NCBI RefSeq assembly: GCF_001194135.2
Contig: NC_068999.1
Span: 9,416,089-9,480,088 of the forward strand
DNA from: Octopus bimaculoides
Taxonomy: Eukaryota
Reading direction: 5' to 3'
Length of the DNA: 64,000 bases
The stretch's first letter is position 1, and each line of letters begins with the position of its first letter. Below the pieces are notes generated by a model. That model was given only the letters and a program-made list of their open reading frames with translations. It did not search any database and had not been told where the DNA came from. Made by a program: the position numbers and the translations under genes. Below are positions 41,364 to 52,716 of this stretch, piece by piece.

Positions 41364-41413
41364 ACATCATCATCGTCTTCTTCGTTGTCATGAATACCTA
41401 TTTATTATTGTTA

Positions 41414-41466
<53 letters not shown>

Positions 41467-41475
41467 GTCGTTGTT
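40125..41475. repeat. (TTC)n tract spanning a gap, followed by (CAC/CAT)n and (ATT)n
   Basis: Direct reading. Confidence 0.93.
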
Positions 41476-41533
41476 GTCTTTGTTAGTATCATTCATATAT
41501 TTTGTTCGTGTGTGTTTTACATTGTCTTTGCGC

Positions 41534-41566
<33 letters not shown>

Positions 41567-42132
41567 TGCGTGTGTGTGTATGAGTTTGTGTTGTATTTCC
41601 TTCTTTTTCTTACTTAATTTTGTTTTTGTATGGAAATTTTACTTCACTCGCCCTAGATCTTTTTCTCACCTTATACTTTAGATTTCGGTTTGTTTNNNNN
41701 NNNNNNNNNNNNNNNNNNNNNNNNNNNNNNNNNNNNNNNNNNNNNNNNNNNNNNNNNNNNNNNNNNNNNNNNNNNNNNNNNNNNNNNNNNNNNNNNNNNN
41801 NNNNNNNNNNNNNNNNNNNNNNNNNNNNNNNNNNNNNNNNNNNNNNNNNNNNNNNNNNNNNNNNNNNNNNNNNNNNNNNNNNNNNNNNNNNNNNNNNNNN
41901 NNNNNNNNNNTATATATATATATATATGCATATGCTCACAAAGACATACGCACGCACACATACACACATATGTAGTTAATTCAAAGAAGAAGCAATTCAA
42001 AAAACGAATAAAAAACGAAAAGAGAAAACGAAAACAGAAAAAAAAACAGAATAAAAAAAGAGGAAAACACGAACGTGAGGACGTGCACAAAAATTATATT
42101 AGTTTCACGCTCGGTGAAAGGAGAGGAATTTG

Positions 42133-42159
42133 AACGTTTCGAGCATGGCCCTTCGTCGT
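42133..42159 (-). ncRNA. Degenerate hammerhead-like motif, family C2
   Basis: Minus strand ACGACGA-A-GGGC-CAT-GCTC-GAAAC-GTT. Core positions 3 and 4 deviate and helix I is not supported. Confidence 0.45.
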
Positions 42160-42205
42160 AAAAGAGAAAGGAAAAAGTCCAGAAAGAAGCAAAATGACCA
42201 TTATA

Positions 42206-42236
<31 letters not shown>

Positions 42237-42324
42237 AATATATATATATATATTGGGAGAATTCACAAAAGAAGACGTAGACAGCAAACAGATGTATTAG
42301 TATAACGCTCGGGAAGTGAATAAA

Positions 42325-42364
42325 TTCTTTAACGTTTCGAGCCTACGCTCTTCCACAGAAAGAA
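42325..42364 (-). ncRNA. Minimal type I hammerhead-like motif, family C1 (A6 to U variant)
   Basis: Minus strand TTCTTT-CTGTGGA-A-GAGC-GTAG-GCTC-GAAAC-GTT-AAAGAA: 6-bp helix I, 4-bp helix II, palindromic ACGT helix III. Confidence 0.7.
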
Positions 42365-45300
42365 ACAAGTAGAGAAAGAAAGTGTAGTGGCTAGCAAACT
42401 ATCATGGCGATTGTCACAAGGTTATGAAAGAGTTATCGCTCAGCAAAAGGTTCCCACACTAGAATTTTGCCTCGGTAATTTTTAGCTGCTCAGGAATCAT
42501 TTAGCTACCCCAATGTCACAGAAATATGCATAAAGTAAACTGAGATACGTAATAATTGATGGAAGACACTGTCAAGGAATTTTCCTAAATTGTTTAGAAT
42601 ATGGTGTGTTGACATTCTTTCGAACTTCGATGTAGGAAAAGCATTCGATCTGCAATAAATAAATGAAAATATGCAATCTTACAAAGAAATTATATAACGG
42701 AATTCTGAAAATTACTAAAGAATCGGGCTAAAAGCCAATTTCATCTTAGCTCTTGTTTAAGGAATTTTATGCCTTACACATTTTAAACATATATTTCTTT
42801 CATAATATTTTCATGCGTTGCAAATGTTTTAAACTTTCAGAAACAGCATGAAGTGCTACTTTCATACGTTTGACTGTATTAATACGAATAAATTACACAC
42901 ATTACTTTGAAACTCGAAAAAAAAAAAAAGAGAGAGACAAAGACCCACCACGCTGACAGTACTTCGATCAGTAACACATACGCTTGTACAACCAGGAGAA
43001 AATTAAGGGAAAGTATAATGGTGAATACATGATTCCAAACGACACCAGTAACAACAGCAACTACATTCTATCGTTTGCTTATATTGTAGTTTCAGACGTG
43101 CAATAGTATTTGAACCTGCTTAAGGAAGCTAAAGCGGTGTGTTTCAAGAGAAAGTTCAAATATGTCCAGGAAAGGTTAAAGAATGTAATATACCGTATCT
43201 TTACCAGAACGGATGGGAATTTGATATGCTCTTAAAACAGTTTTCGGAGACCACTACTAGATTATGTTTGTATCAAATTCATTGGCATTATGGCCATAAG
43301 AATACGCAGGGCAATCATGATTTGGCGTATAATTACATTAATGTAAAAATAAGTACATACGGCACACATAGAGGCGACCCTAAACATAGTGTGGTCAATT
43401 GGAGTGTGTACATTTACACACGTTGTAATGACTGCGAAAGGCCGCAAGGGAAATCTGGATTTATGTCTTGCTGAGAAGCAAAAAAAAAAAAAAGGGTTAA
43501 TCAAATCTGTTGATTCAAAATAGAAGTCCACGTTGCTATCCATATATTAGTAACAGCCATTCTTGATAATTTTCTGTTCAAAATAAGAAGAAATAGAAGA
43601 GAAAACGGAAAGCAACGCATAGTAGCTCCATCACAAACATGCTCGATAAATGAATACAAAATGTGCTTTTAGAGCTGTTTCAAATGCTCTACCAGTTGGT
43701 AACTGTGAATGAGCAGAGAAGGAGCAAACTAGGACACCATGTGCTCTGTCACACCCAATGCATCGACCAACGCCTTCGACACAACAGATGAGGGACATCA
43801 AAACACAGTACAAACTCGGAGAGAGGGTACTAATTTTACGTTATCTTGCCAAAGCGGAGAGAGAGTTGAATATTGGTAGAATTGTTGGACACATAAGAAA
43901 TGTGCGTGTGCATGCGAAATAGGGAGGGAGTGTAACAGAGCGAACTCAATCAAGAAAGAAAAATATGATATTGTAAATTCGTCGCAAAATTGGCATCCAA
44001 ACAGATATGCGCGGAAACTTAATGCAGACTTCACGGAAGGAAATACCTACAAAGAGTCGCGAAGGAAAAAGTATAAAGAAATAATATGCCCATTGGAAAG
44101 AAAAGAGGAGGTGAATTCAAATAACATCAAATTCTCAGAAAGACAGGAAAAAGTACATGAAAATAAGAAGGTCATTTTTAGAATATAACTTTATCAGTCT
44201 GGTCGAACACAGCTTTCCAAAGAGAAGAAAAGTGTTTAGACAACAACACAGCTTCTACTATACACATATATACAGACACACAAATACGTAGACACATACA
44301 CACACTCGCATGTATGTATGTATGCGTATGTATTTATATTTCCCTTCTGCGAAAACTCTAGAAAGAGTAAACTAGGATCAAATGGAAGCGTTCTATAATT
44401 TACAAGGAAATTCCTTTTAAAAAATACACAATCTCCCCACCTCAATAAAAATAAAGAAACACTACACACAAAAAAAGGGAATAATATTTGTTTATATAGA
44501 CACAGATATATATATTTATATATATATATATATNNNNNNNNNNNNNNNNNNNNNNNNNNNNNNNNNNNNNNNNNNNNNNNNNNNNNNNNNNNNNNNNNNN
44601 NNNNNNNNNNNNNNNNNNNNNNNNNNNNNNNNNNNNNNNNNNNNNNNNNNNNNNNNNNNNNNNNNNNNNNNNNNNNNNNNNNNNNNNNNNNNNNNNNNNN
44701 NNNNNNNNNNNNNNNNNNNNNNNNNNNNNNNNNNNNNNNNNNNNNNNNNNNNNNNNNNNNNNNNNNNNNNNNNNNNNNNNNNNNNNNNNNNNNNNNNNNN
44801 NNNNNNNNNNNNNNNNNNNNNNNNNNNNNNNNNNNNNNNNNNNNNNNNNNGAATGTCGGAAAAAAAATTAATTAATTTGTAACGAAATTGCTCAAATCCC
44901 CACTGAAACGCTCGTAGCAATTCGTTGTGCGTTCAGTTTTAATTTTTTTTTTAATATCCAGAGTCAACGGTAATGTAGTGGAAACATAATTACGGCAGTC
45001 CATCATCAATTGGTCGAAATACAAACTGGTAAGAAAGCTTCCCTTGCGTCTTTCCATATATTTACTGCTTCAAATTGTTGCAGAATATAATTCATTTTGT
45101 TTAATTATGCAAAACGACAATTCTCGTTTCACTGTGTGTTTATATGCATGTGTATTAAATATGCATGTGTGTAAAATATGCATGTATATTTGTGCATATG
45201 GACCAGTATGTTGTATGTATGTATGTGTTTGTGTCATAAAAATTCTTAACAATCAACTGAACGTTTTTGTAGTATTATAATTATTGCAATGTTCGTAACC

Positions 45301-45720
45301 CGGAGAATAATTTTTAGAATGTCAACATGGTTTCTCCTTCCTAATGCGAGGTTAACTAATATCCGTATTACATTAATCTGTAGTTCATGTCGTTTAAAAA
45401 ATAGGATGGAGTGTAGTAGGAGGAAGAGGCAGAGGGAGAGGAGGAGAAAGCCTACAATACATATCATTAAGGATGCAATTAAAAGCAGCTAATTACTCCC
45501 TATTGTGACATTTAAATACATCGACATTTTCGCAGCCATCGAACTAAGAAGGGCAAGCAGGAAGGTGTATATAAGCACATACGCATGTATACACACGCAC
45601 ACACAAATATGTTTATGTTTGTGTTTGTGTGGTGTGTGTGTGTATATATATAAAACACAGGCATATACTTAGATACGTTCACATAAAGCATACTTAAATA
45701 TATATATATATATATATAAA

Positions 45721-45925
45721 ATTACGATTCAGTTGAATTAGGTACTTTAATTGAGGCACGAAGCCAGTTCGGTATAGTCCACACAGCTCCAAGTTAGGTG
45801 AACAGAATGTAAATAAGTAACAAGGATGTCCAGGTATCAATGCAGTACGGTTGTTTCGAGCGGTTCCATTTAATCGATCAATGAAAATATTACAACCAGT
45901 GTGAGAGAAACCGCTCTCCTCAGAG
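45721..45925 (-). mobile_element. HHR-bearing repeat family B, second copy
   Basis: Minus strand CTGAGGA(45923-17), GAGCGGTTTC/GGAACCGCTC helix II, GAAAC-AACC-GTA. Helix I is broken. Downstream 120 bp match 21157-21278. Confidence 0.8.
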
Positions 45926-46029
45926 ATAGATGACCATATAGATTTCCAAAATAAGGATAAATCATTTAAAAAAAATTTATATTAATATTAGAAACGAAAA
46001 TAATTACATCGTTTCCTTATGCTATATTT

Positions 46030-46135
46030 GTGTTTTCTCTCAAATTGATGCAATATTTTCATTGCTCGATTAGATGGAGCCGCTCGAAACGGCCGTAGTG
46101 TATTGATACCTGACATCCTAGTTACTTATTCAATG
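46030..46135 (+). mobile_element. HHR-bearing repeat family B, third copy, 5' truncated (3' half of HHR only)
   Basis: GGAGCCGCTC-GAAAC-GGCC-GTA-GTGTATTGATACCTGACATCCTAGTTACTTATT. No CTGAGGA upstream. Confidence 0.8.
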
Positions 46136-47567
46136 TATATATATNNNNNNNNNNNNNNNNNNNNNNNNNNNNNNNNNNNNNNNNNNNNNNNNNNNNNNNN
46201 NNNNNNNNNNNNNNNNNNNNNNNNNNNNNNNNNNNNNNNNNNNNNNNNNNNNNNNNNNNNNNNNNNNNNNNNNNNNNNNNNNNNNNNNNNNNNNNNNNNN
46301 NNNNNNNNNNNNNNNNNNNNNNNNNNNNNNNNNNNNNNNNNNNNNNNNNNNNNNNNNNNNNNNNNNNNNNNNNNNNNNNNNNNNNNNNNNNNNNNNNNNN
46401 NNNNNNNNNNNNNNNNNNNNNNNNNNNNNNNNNNNNNNNNNNNNNNNNNNNNNNNNNNNNNNNNNNNNNNNNNNNNNNNNNNNNNNNNNNNNNNNNNNNN
46501 NNNNNNNNNNNNNNNNNNNNNNNNNNNNNNNNNNNNNNNNNNNNNNNNNNNNNNNNNNNNNNNNNNNNNNNNNNNNNNNNNNNNNNNNNNNNNNNNNNNN
46601 NNNNNNNNNNNNNNNNNNNNNNNNNNNNNNNNNNNNNNATATATATATATATATATATATACATCTACGGGTAATGTGATACCGCAATGGAAAAAAATCA
46701 ATCGTCACTAAGTGTGACTTAGGGTACTGGAGCGCCTAAATTGCTAGAAATAAGAGTTACGATAATTTTAATGCTGCAAGAAGAACGCAGAAAGTATACA
46801 CACATGCCAACAAGAGAGGCAACCGCCCCTTGACCGCCGTTTATATTTAACTTCTATGACCGAAATACGTCCGAAATGCAAACGAATTTTTTGTATGGAA
46901 AGGTTAAACTGATATCCGGAGAAGGATCCTGTGTTGGTATCCGGTGAAGGATTTTGTATATTATCACGCCTTTTCTGCTGTTCTCATATACCTAACTTTT
47001 GTTTTGCTATTGTGTGAAACACCATTTTGTGATCTTCTATTGTTTAGTGTCCTATTCGAGAATGGCAGTTTAATGCTTTTGTCATTTGCGGCAAATTATA
47101 ACGCCTAGGTTTTGCAAGTTGTTGTTAAAGTATAACTTAAGTAGCTTACTAGAAATTATCCAATATAACCCAACGCATTACTTCCATATAGCTGCTAATT
47201 TAAGGAATATTAAATGCTCGTAAATACCTCAGATTGCAGCCATAGAAGTTAGAAACTAATTGTAAGTACCGATGGCAGAATTCATGAAAGGATTACATAG
47301 TATGGTATTGATTAGTAATAAAGAAATATTAATCCAAACATGCGTATTACGTTCCCATGTATATGATTTAAACATCGAATCTCTGGTACTGAATACAAGG
47401 AAAAATATCTAGGGTAACTTATCATGCCTGAAAACTGTACAGAAATTTTGTTACGTTCGTGCAAATTCTTGATGAGAAATCGTGTGTTGAAACTGATAAT
47501 GTAATACATGATGGTTATATTTTGCCAAATACATACACACTATACGTTTAATCTTTACTTCAGGCGT

Positions 47568-47735
47568 AATCTTTACTCCATGTGCGGGTAAGCGAAAGCA
47601 GGGTATTGTAATCATTCGTCTTTGTTCGTTTGTTTGTGTTAGCAAAATTACTGGAAAACGGCTGAACGGATTTTCACCAAATTTGGCAGAAATACTCATT
47701 GGGTGAGTGGTTCGAAATAATGAAAATTTGGTTTG
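47568..47735 (+). mobile_element. Possible Helentron/DINE-1-like non-autonomous element fragment
   Basis: TTTACTCC..GCGAAAGCAGGGTATTGTAATC..(GTTT)n..TTAGCAAAATTACTGGAAAACGGCTGAACGGATTTTCACCAAATTTGG resembles from memory the start of such elements. Single copy here. Confidence 0.45.
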
Positions 47736-48449
47736 ATTATCATCATAGATAACCTACAACAAACTACAGTAAGTTTGATTCACAGGCCATCATTGAAAAA
47801 CGTTGAAAACATTTCCCAAATGCTATGCAACAATCTTCTTCAAGTCAAGCACTTACAAAGCTTAATTCAGTTCAATTGAAAAGTATGGGTAAGCAACGCA
47901 TTGTAAGCGGCACCATAATCTTCGAAAAAAAAAAAAAGTATCTGTGCGCAGGTTATCCCACCTGTCTCAAATGATAGGAGACACCTGTGATAAAGAGTCG
48001 ATGAATAGGCCACAGAATGTGTTAAGAAAAGGCTTTGAAAAATAACACCAACAGCAACAACAGCAATAATAATAATACGCAGTAGCAGGCAGGGGCTCTG
48101 AAGAGTTATCATGTACATTATTTTGTCTTGGCATAAAAGATGGGCTACAACAAATATTCTTCCCAATACAACAGGATTGCTTGTCCGTTGCTTGACCTTA
48201 ACCAATTGAGCATGTCTCTTAGTGGCTGATATGTGCATCTCTGATCACGAGCAGAAGTATTGGGGAGCATCATAGTCATGTGTTGATAGGAATTTTGGGT
48301 GGGGTTTGGATAATTCACCTTTGGAAACATGGGTGTTTTGTACATCATCATTAAACAACCCCTATTCAGGGACCTTTTGAGCAGGATGAGTTACTCTACC
48401 TGAAGAAAATGCTGAGGTCCACCTGCAATGCCATGCGCTGTTTATTTTT

Positions 48450-48507
48450 CAGCATGTGGCGTATGATTAAGAGCGCGGGTACTCACCCCCATGATTCCAG
48501 GCAATGA

Positions 48508-48580
<73 letters not shown>

Positions 48581-48715
48581 TCCCCAAGACACCTGGTGAA
48601 GGCTGGAGGATATATCAGCCGAAAGGTTGTGCTAACAACAAACAAGATGAGGATATATATCCGTCAAATGTAAGTAATGTAAATAATGTACATAATTCCT
48701 CATCTCTTAGATATA
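48450..48715 (+). mobile_element. Family A unit: deleted tRNA-like head, (AAT)n, mutated HHR and tail
   Basis: GCATGTGGCGTATGATTAAGAGCGCGGG..GATTCCAGGCAATGACCTG-(AAT)n-CCCAAGACAC-CTGGTGA-A-GGCTG-N10-CAGCC-GAAAG-GTT-GTGCTAACAACAAACAAGATGAGGA. Confidence 0.85.
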
Positions 48716-49861
48716 GAACAGTTTTGCTCAAAGTTCGGATGATTGAACGAGCGTACCAAGGGTTAAAACACAGAAAATCACCGCTGTAAAGCTACACTAA
48801 ATATAAAACAAATGTAAGATAATTATATATTTCATGAGTCCTTTCTCTTAATATCTAGAATAACAAACTAGAATCCTATCTATCCCTCGGACAAAATATT
48901 TTAGAGTGCCTCACATGGATGGAATCTTTTGTCTGAATTATAACCCATGGGATTGACTAAATCGGTTTTGGGGCACTGACGGTATCAACGCTCATGCTGA
49001 GAGAGATAAATTGTCCCAGGGAATTGATATGCAACAGTGTATTTTTGCGTTAACTACATCATTTATGAGCACGAGAGAGAAAGAGTCATCCACCAGTGAG
49101 GGGTTAATTTCCATACGTTCGCGACACCGTGGTAGAAGAAAGGTTTAATGGGCGATAGCTAAAAGCGGGGTAATGGTAGGAAATGAAAAGCAATCCACTT
49201 AAACGAAAATAAGCAAGGAAAAAAATCCTTAAAATGTTACAAATTCTACGTAGAGAACATTCTTACACGAACAAACAAACAAACATTACCACTTCTCTAC
49301 ATAACAATACCAAAATATTCTAGCAAGATACGTTTGCATAATGGCTAAAACCGAAGCAAATGAAATCGTTTCTTTTCATATTTTTCCTTCTTCATGTATG
49401 TCTTATTTCCGTTTTTTCTTTCCATTTTTATGTCTTTATTTAAACCTCTTCCTTATTTTTCTTTCTCTCATTTTGTTACTCCTTTATATCTCTTGTACAC
49501 GTTCGATTTCTTTTCTGCTTTCGTTTTTCGATTTTTTTTTTTTTAGTTTTGCTTCTGTTTCTGTGTGTAGTTCGTTGAATAACTGCAATAAAATAACCCT
49601 GTTAAATGAGCGATCTAATCAATGTGTTAGCGAGTGGCTTTTACAGAGATTCTGTTAAATGAATCCTTATACCACAGAAACAGGATTAAGACAGATTCTA
49701 GTTGACAGACGGATAAAAGGAAGATCTAAGCTAAAATTTCAATCCGAAGTAGCATCAAAGAATAAAAATTAAATAAGGTAAACAATTTACAAGTAAAATA
49801 AAGCAAAACAAACAAATGAGAACAAAAAACAAAAGAAAGGGAACACATGCACACACACACA

Positions 49862-49908
<47 letters not shown>

Positions 49909-50269
49909 ACACGTAGGTACACGTACAAGACATACATAAACTTGTAACTGTGAAAAACATGAAATATCTTATTTTGAAAACGAACTGTCAACGTTCGTAA
50001 TATGATGCATATGACAGTATAAATACGTGCATAGCTACATACATGCGTATATATATATATATATATATATACACTTGTATATATGCGGATATGTGTATTT
50101 TTCTGCATACACATTCGCAAATGCACGCACTAACACATAAACCCACGCCCCGCTCCCACACACCCGCACATCCACATTCACATATCGTTATGTGTACAGA
50201 GGGGAATATTTGCATTCATTGTATTTCGATTCACTATGTACGAGTGTGAGAGTAAGAGAGAGGGAGAGA

Positions 50270-50307
<38 letters not shown>

Positions 50308-50660
50308 CAGAGAGTGAGAGAGAGAGAGAGAGAGATTGTGTATGTGATTTTACGAGGACATAAGTCTATTATAACTGTTTTTTTACGTTTCTGTATCTTC
50401 GTTACCCTATTTATGTTCGTTGAATTCCAATTATTTTGGAACCAATAATATAATCAATGCTAATAAGTAAATAGCATTGTATTGATGATGGTTTTCGTAA
50501 TGATGACGTCGATAATGAACACGAGGATGCAGACGAGGATGAGGATTATGCTGATGATGAAGTAGGACAAATTGGGATTGCTTAAAATTATGTCCAATAT
50601 TGTGATGTTATAAAAACACATAGACATCACTCGTAGGCTGATATGTTTCAGTAGCATCTA

Positions 50661-50788
50661 CAGGGTGTCCACAAAAATCAGGCTACATGGAGTAAATAAA
50701 ATCGTAACGTAAACAATTAAATATAAGAAATAATTATTTCTTAAAGTGTGTGTTAATCACCATGTACCCAGACTTTGTGGACACACTG
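50661..50788. mobile_element. 128-bp MITE (Tc1/mariner-type)
   Basis: TIRs CAGGGTGTCCACAAAAATCAGGCTACATGG (50661-90) and CCATGTACCCAGACTTTGTGGACACACTG (50760-88), flanked by TA at 50659-60 and 50789-90. Confidence 0.88.
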
Positions 50789-51030
50789 TACAACGTTCTC
50801 CGTGATTGTTCAGAGAATACTTACAAGGTAATTTTTTAGACTATAACGTTCTCCCTGATTGTTTTAGGTGTCTCGGTAGTTTCCTCCAATGGGATATCGG
50901 TGATGCAGGGAAAGTTAGGGTTGATTAAAATTCTGCGCAAGATAATGATGACACAAAACCCATAGATAATATTTGTAAGCTAATGTTTTAGTCTATAACG
51001 TTCTCACCGATTGTTTTAGGTGCTCTGTAG

Positions 51031-51400
51031 TATCCACCAATAGAGGAGAATATGACCAAAGACTGCGTGTACTCCATCCCATGCATCTGTGGTAGGATAT
51101 ACAAAGGCGAAACATGTCGCCTCCTCAAAATAAGGTAGACGAACATCGCAAAGCTGTGACGCGAGGAGATATTGATAAATCGGTTATAGCTGATCATGTA
51201 TGGAAAGACTGAGACCACCTCTCCCTGTGGGATGAAGTTAAAGTAATAGACAGAGAACACCACTGGAAAATGAGAAAACTAAAACAGGCAACACATATGC
51301 TAATACACAACAACCTCTTAAGCAGACCGAGTGCAGATATGAGCAGCATATGGGAACTGGTATTAAGGAAGGACAGAAAGATATTAGATTTTTTAAGCGC
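51031..51400 (+). pseudogene. Penelope-like element GIY-YIG endonuclease domain, one frameshift and one stop
   Basis: PPIEENMTKDCVYSIPCICGRIYKGETCRLLKIR/VDEHRKAVTRGDIDKSVIADHVWKD*DHLSLWDEVKVIDREHHWKMRKLKQATHM..SRPS..W. The VY-x-I-x-C-x-C..Y-x-GET-x-R..R..EH..ADH pattern includes the Cys/His residues typical of PLE endonucleases. Confidence 0.92.
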
Positions 51401-51418
51401 TAAAATTCACTCCATAAT

Positions 51419-51635
51419 TGCCCACGGCAATTAGTGGTTAAGAGCGCGAGCTAAAAGTTCCAAGATTCTGAGTTCGATTCCAAGCAGTGACCTGAATGAT
51501 AATAGTAATATTAATAATATCGAAAAGTACCTTAGGAATGAGAACCCAGGTCCGAAATTTCCACAAGACACCTGAAGAAGGCTGGAGAGTATAACAGCCG
51601 AAACGTTGTATTAACAACAAACAAGAAGAGGACAA
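51419..51635 (+). mobile_element. Family A unit: tRNA-like head, AAT spacer, HHR (PLE pLTR or PLE-dependent SINE)
   Basis: A box TAGTGGTTAAG, B box GAGTTCGATTCC (51470-81), AAT-rich spacer, HHR, tail AACAACAAACAAGAAGAGGAC. Segments are shared with 48450-48715 and 33047-33130. Confidence 0.85.
51567..51612 (+). ncRNA. Minimal type I hammerhead ribozyme motif, family A
   Basis: GACAC-CTGAAGA(51572-78)-A-GGCTG-GAGAGTATAA-CAGCC-GAAA(51600-03)-CGTT-GTATT. Helix I has 4 of 5 pairs (the other copy has GTG, restoring the C-G pair). Palindromic ACGT helix III, triplet GTT. Confidence 0.8.
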
Positions 51636-52663
51636 ATAATATTACCATCCAGTGAAGCGAACATGGAATAAACAAACGGATGAACTTGTAGTCATAGAAG
51701 TTAAAAATACTAGTTCATGCGGTTAGCTGTCACCTGGAAAAGAAGGGAGGGCTTGTACGATGAAAATAAAAAAAAAGCGACCAGTACTACTCATATCTCC
51801 CACGAAACTCACATTAACTATATATATATNNNNNNNNNNNNNNNNNNNNNNNNNNNNNNNNNNNNNNNNNNNNNNNNNNNNNNNNNNNNNNNNNNNNNNN
51901 NNNNNNNNNNNNNNNNNNNNNNNNNNNNNNNNNNNNNNNNNNNNNNNNNNNNNNNNNNNNNNNNNNNNNNNNNNNNNNNNNNNNNNNNNNNNNNNNNNNN
52001 NNNNNNNNNNNNNNNNNNNNNNNNNNNNNNNNNNNNNNNNNNNNNNNNNNNNNNNNNNNNNNNNNNNNNNNNNNNNNNNNNNNNNNNNNNNNNNNNNNNN
52101 NNNNNNNNNNNNNNNNNNNNNNNNNNNNNNNNNNNNNNNNNNNNNNNNNNNNNNNNNNNNNNNNNNNNNNNNNNNNNNNNNNNNNNNNNNNNNNNNNNNN
52201 NNNNNNNNNNNNNNNNNNNNNNNNNNNNNNNNNNNNNNNNNNNNNNNNNNNNNNNNNNNNNNNNNNNNNNNNNNNNNNNNNNNNNNNNNNNNNNNNNNNN
52301 NNNNNNNNNNNNNNNNNNNNNNNNNNNNNNNNNNNNNNNNNNNNNNNNNNNNNNNNNNNNNNNNNNNNNNNNNNNNNNNNNNNNNNNNNNNNNNNNNNNN
52401 NNNNNNNNNNNNNNNNNNNNNNNNNNNNNNNNNNNNNNNNNNNNNNNNNNNNNNNNNNNNNNNNNNNNNNNNNNNNNNNNNNNNNNNNNNNNNNNNNNNN
52501 NNNNNNNNNNNNNNNNNNNNNNNNNNNNNNNNNNNNNNNNNNNNNNNNNNNNNNNNNNNNNNNNNNNNNNNNNNNNNNNNNNNNNNNNNNNNNNNNNNNN
52601 NNNNNNNNNNNNNNNNNNNNNNNNNNNNNNNNNNNNNNNNNNNNNNNNNNNNNNNNNNNNNNN

Positions 52664-52716
<53 letters not shown>

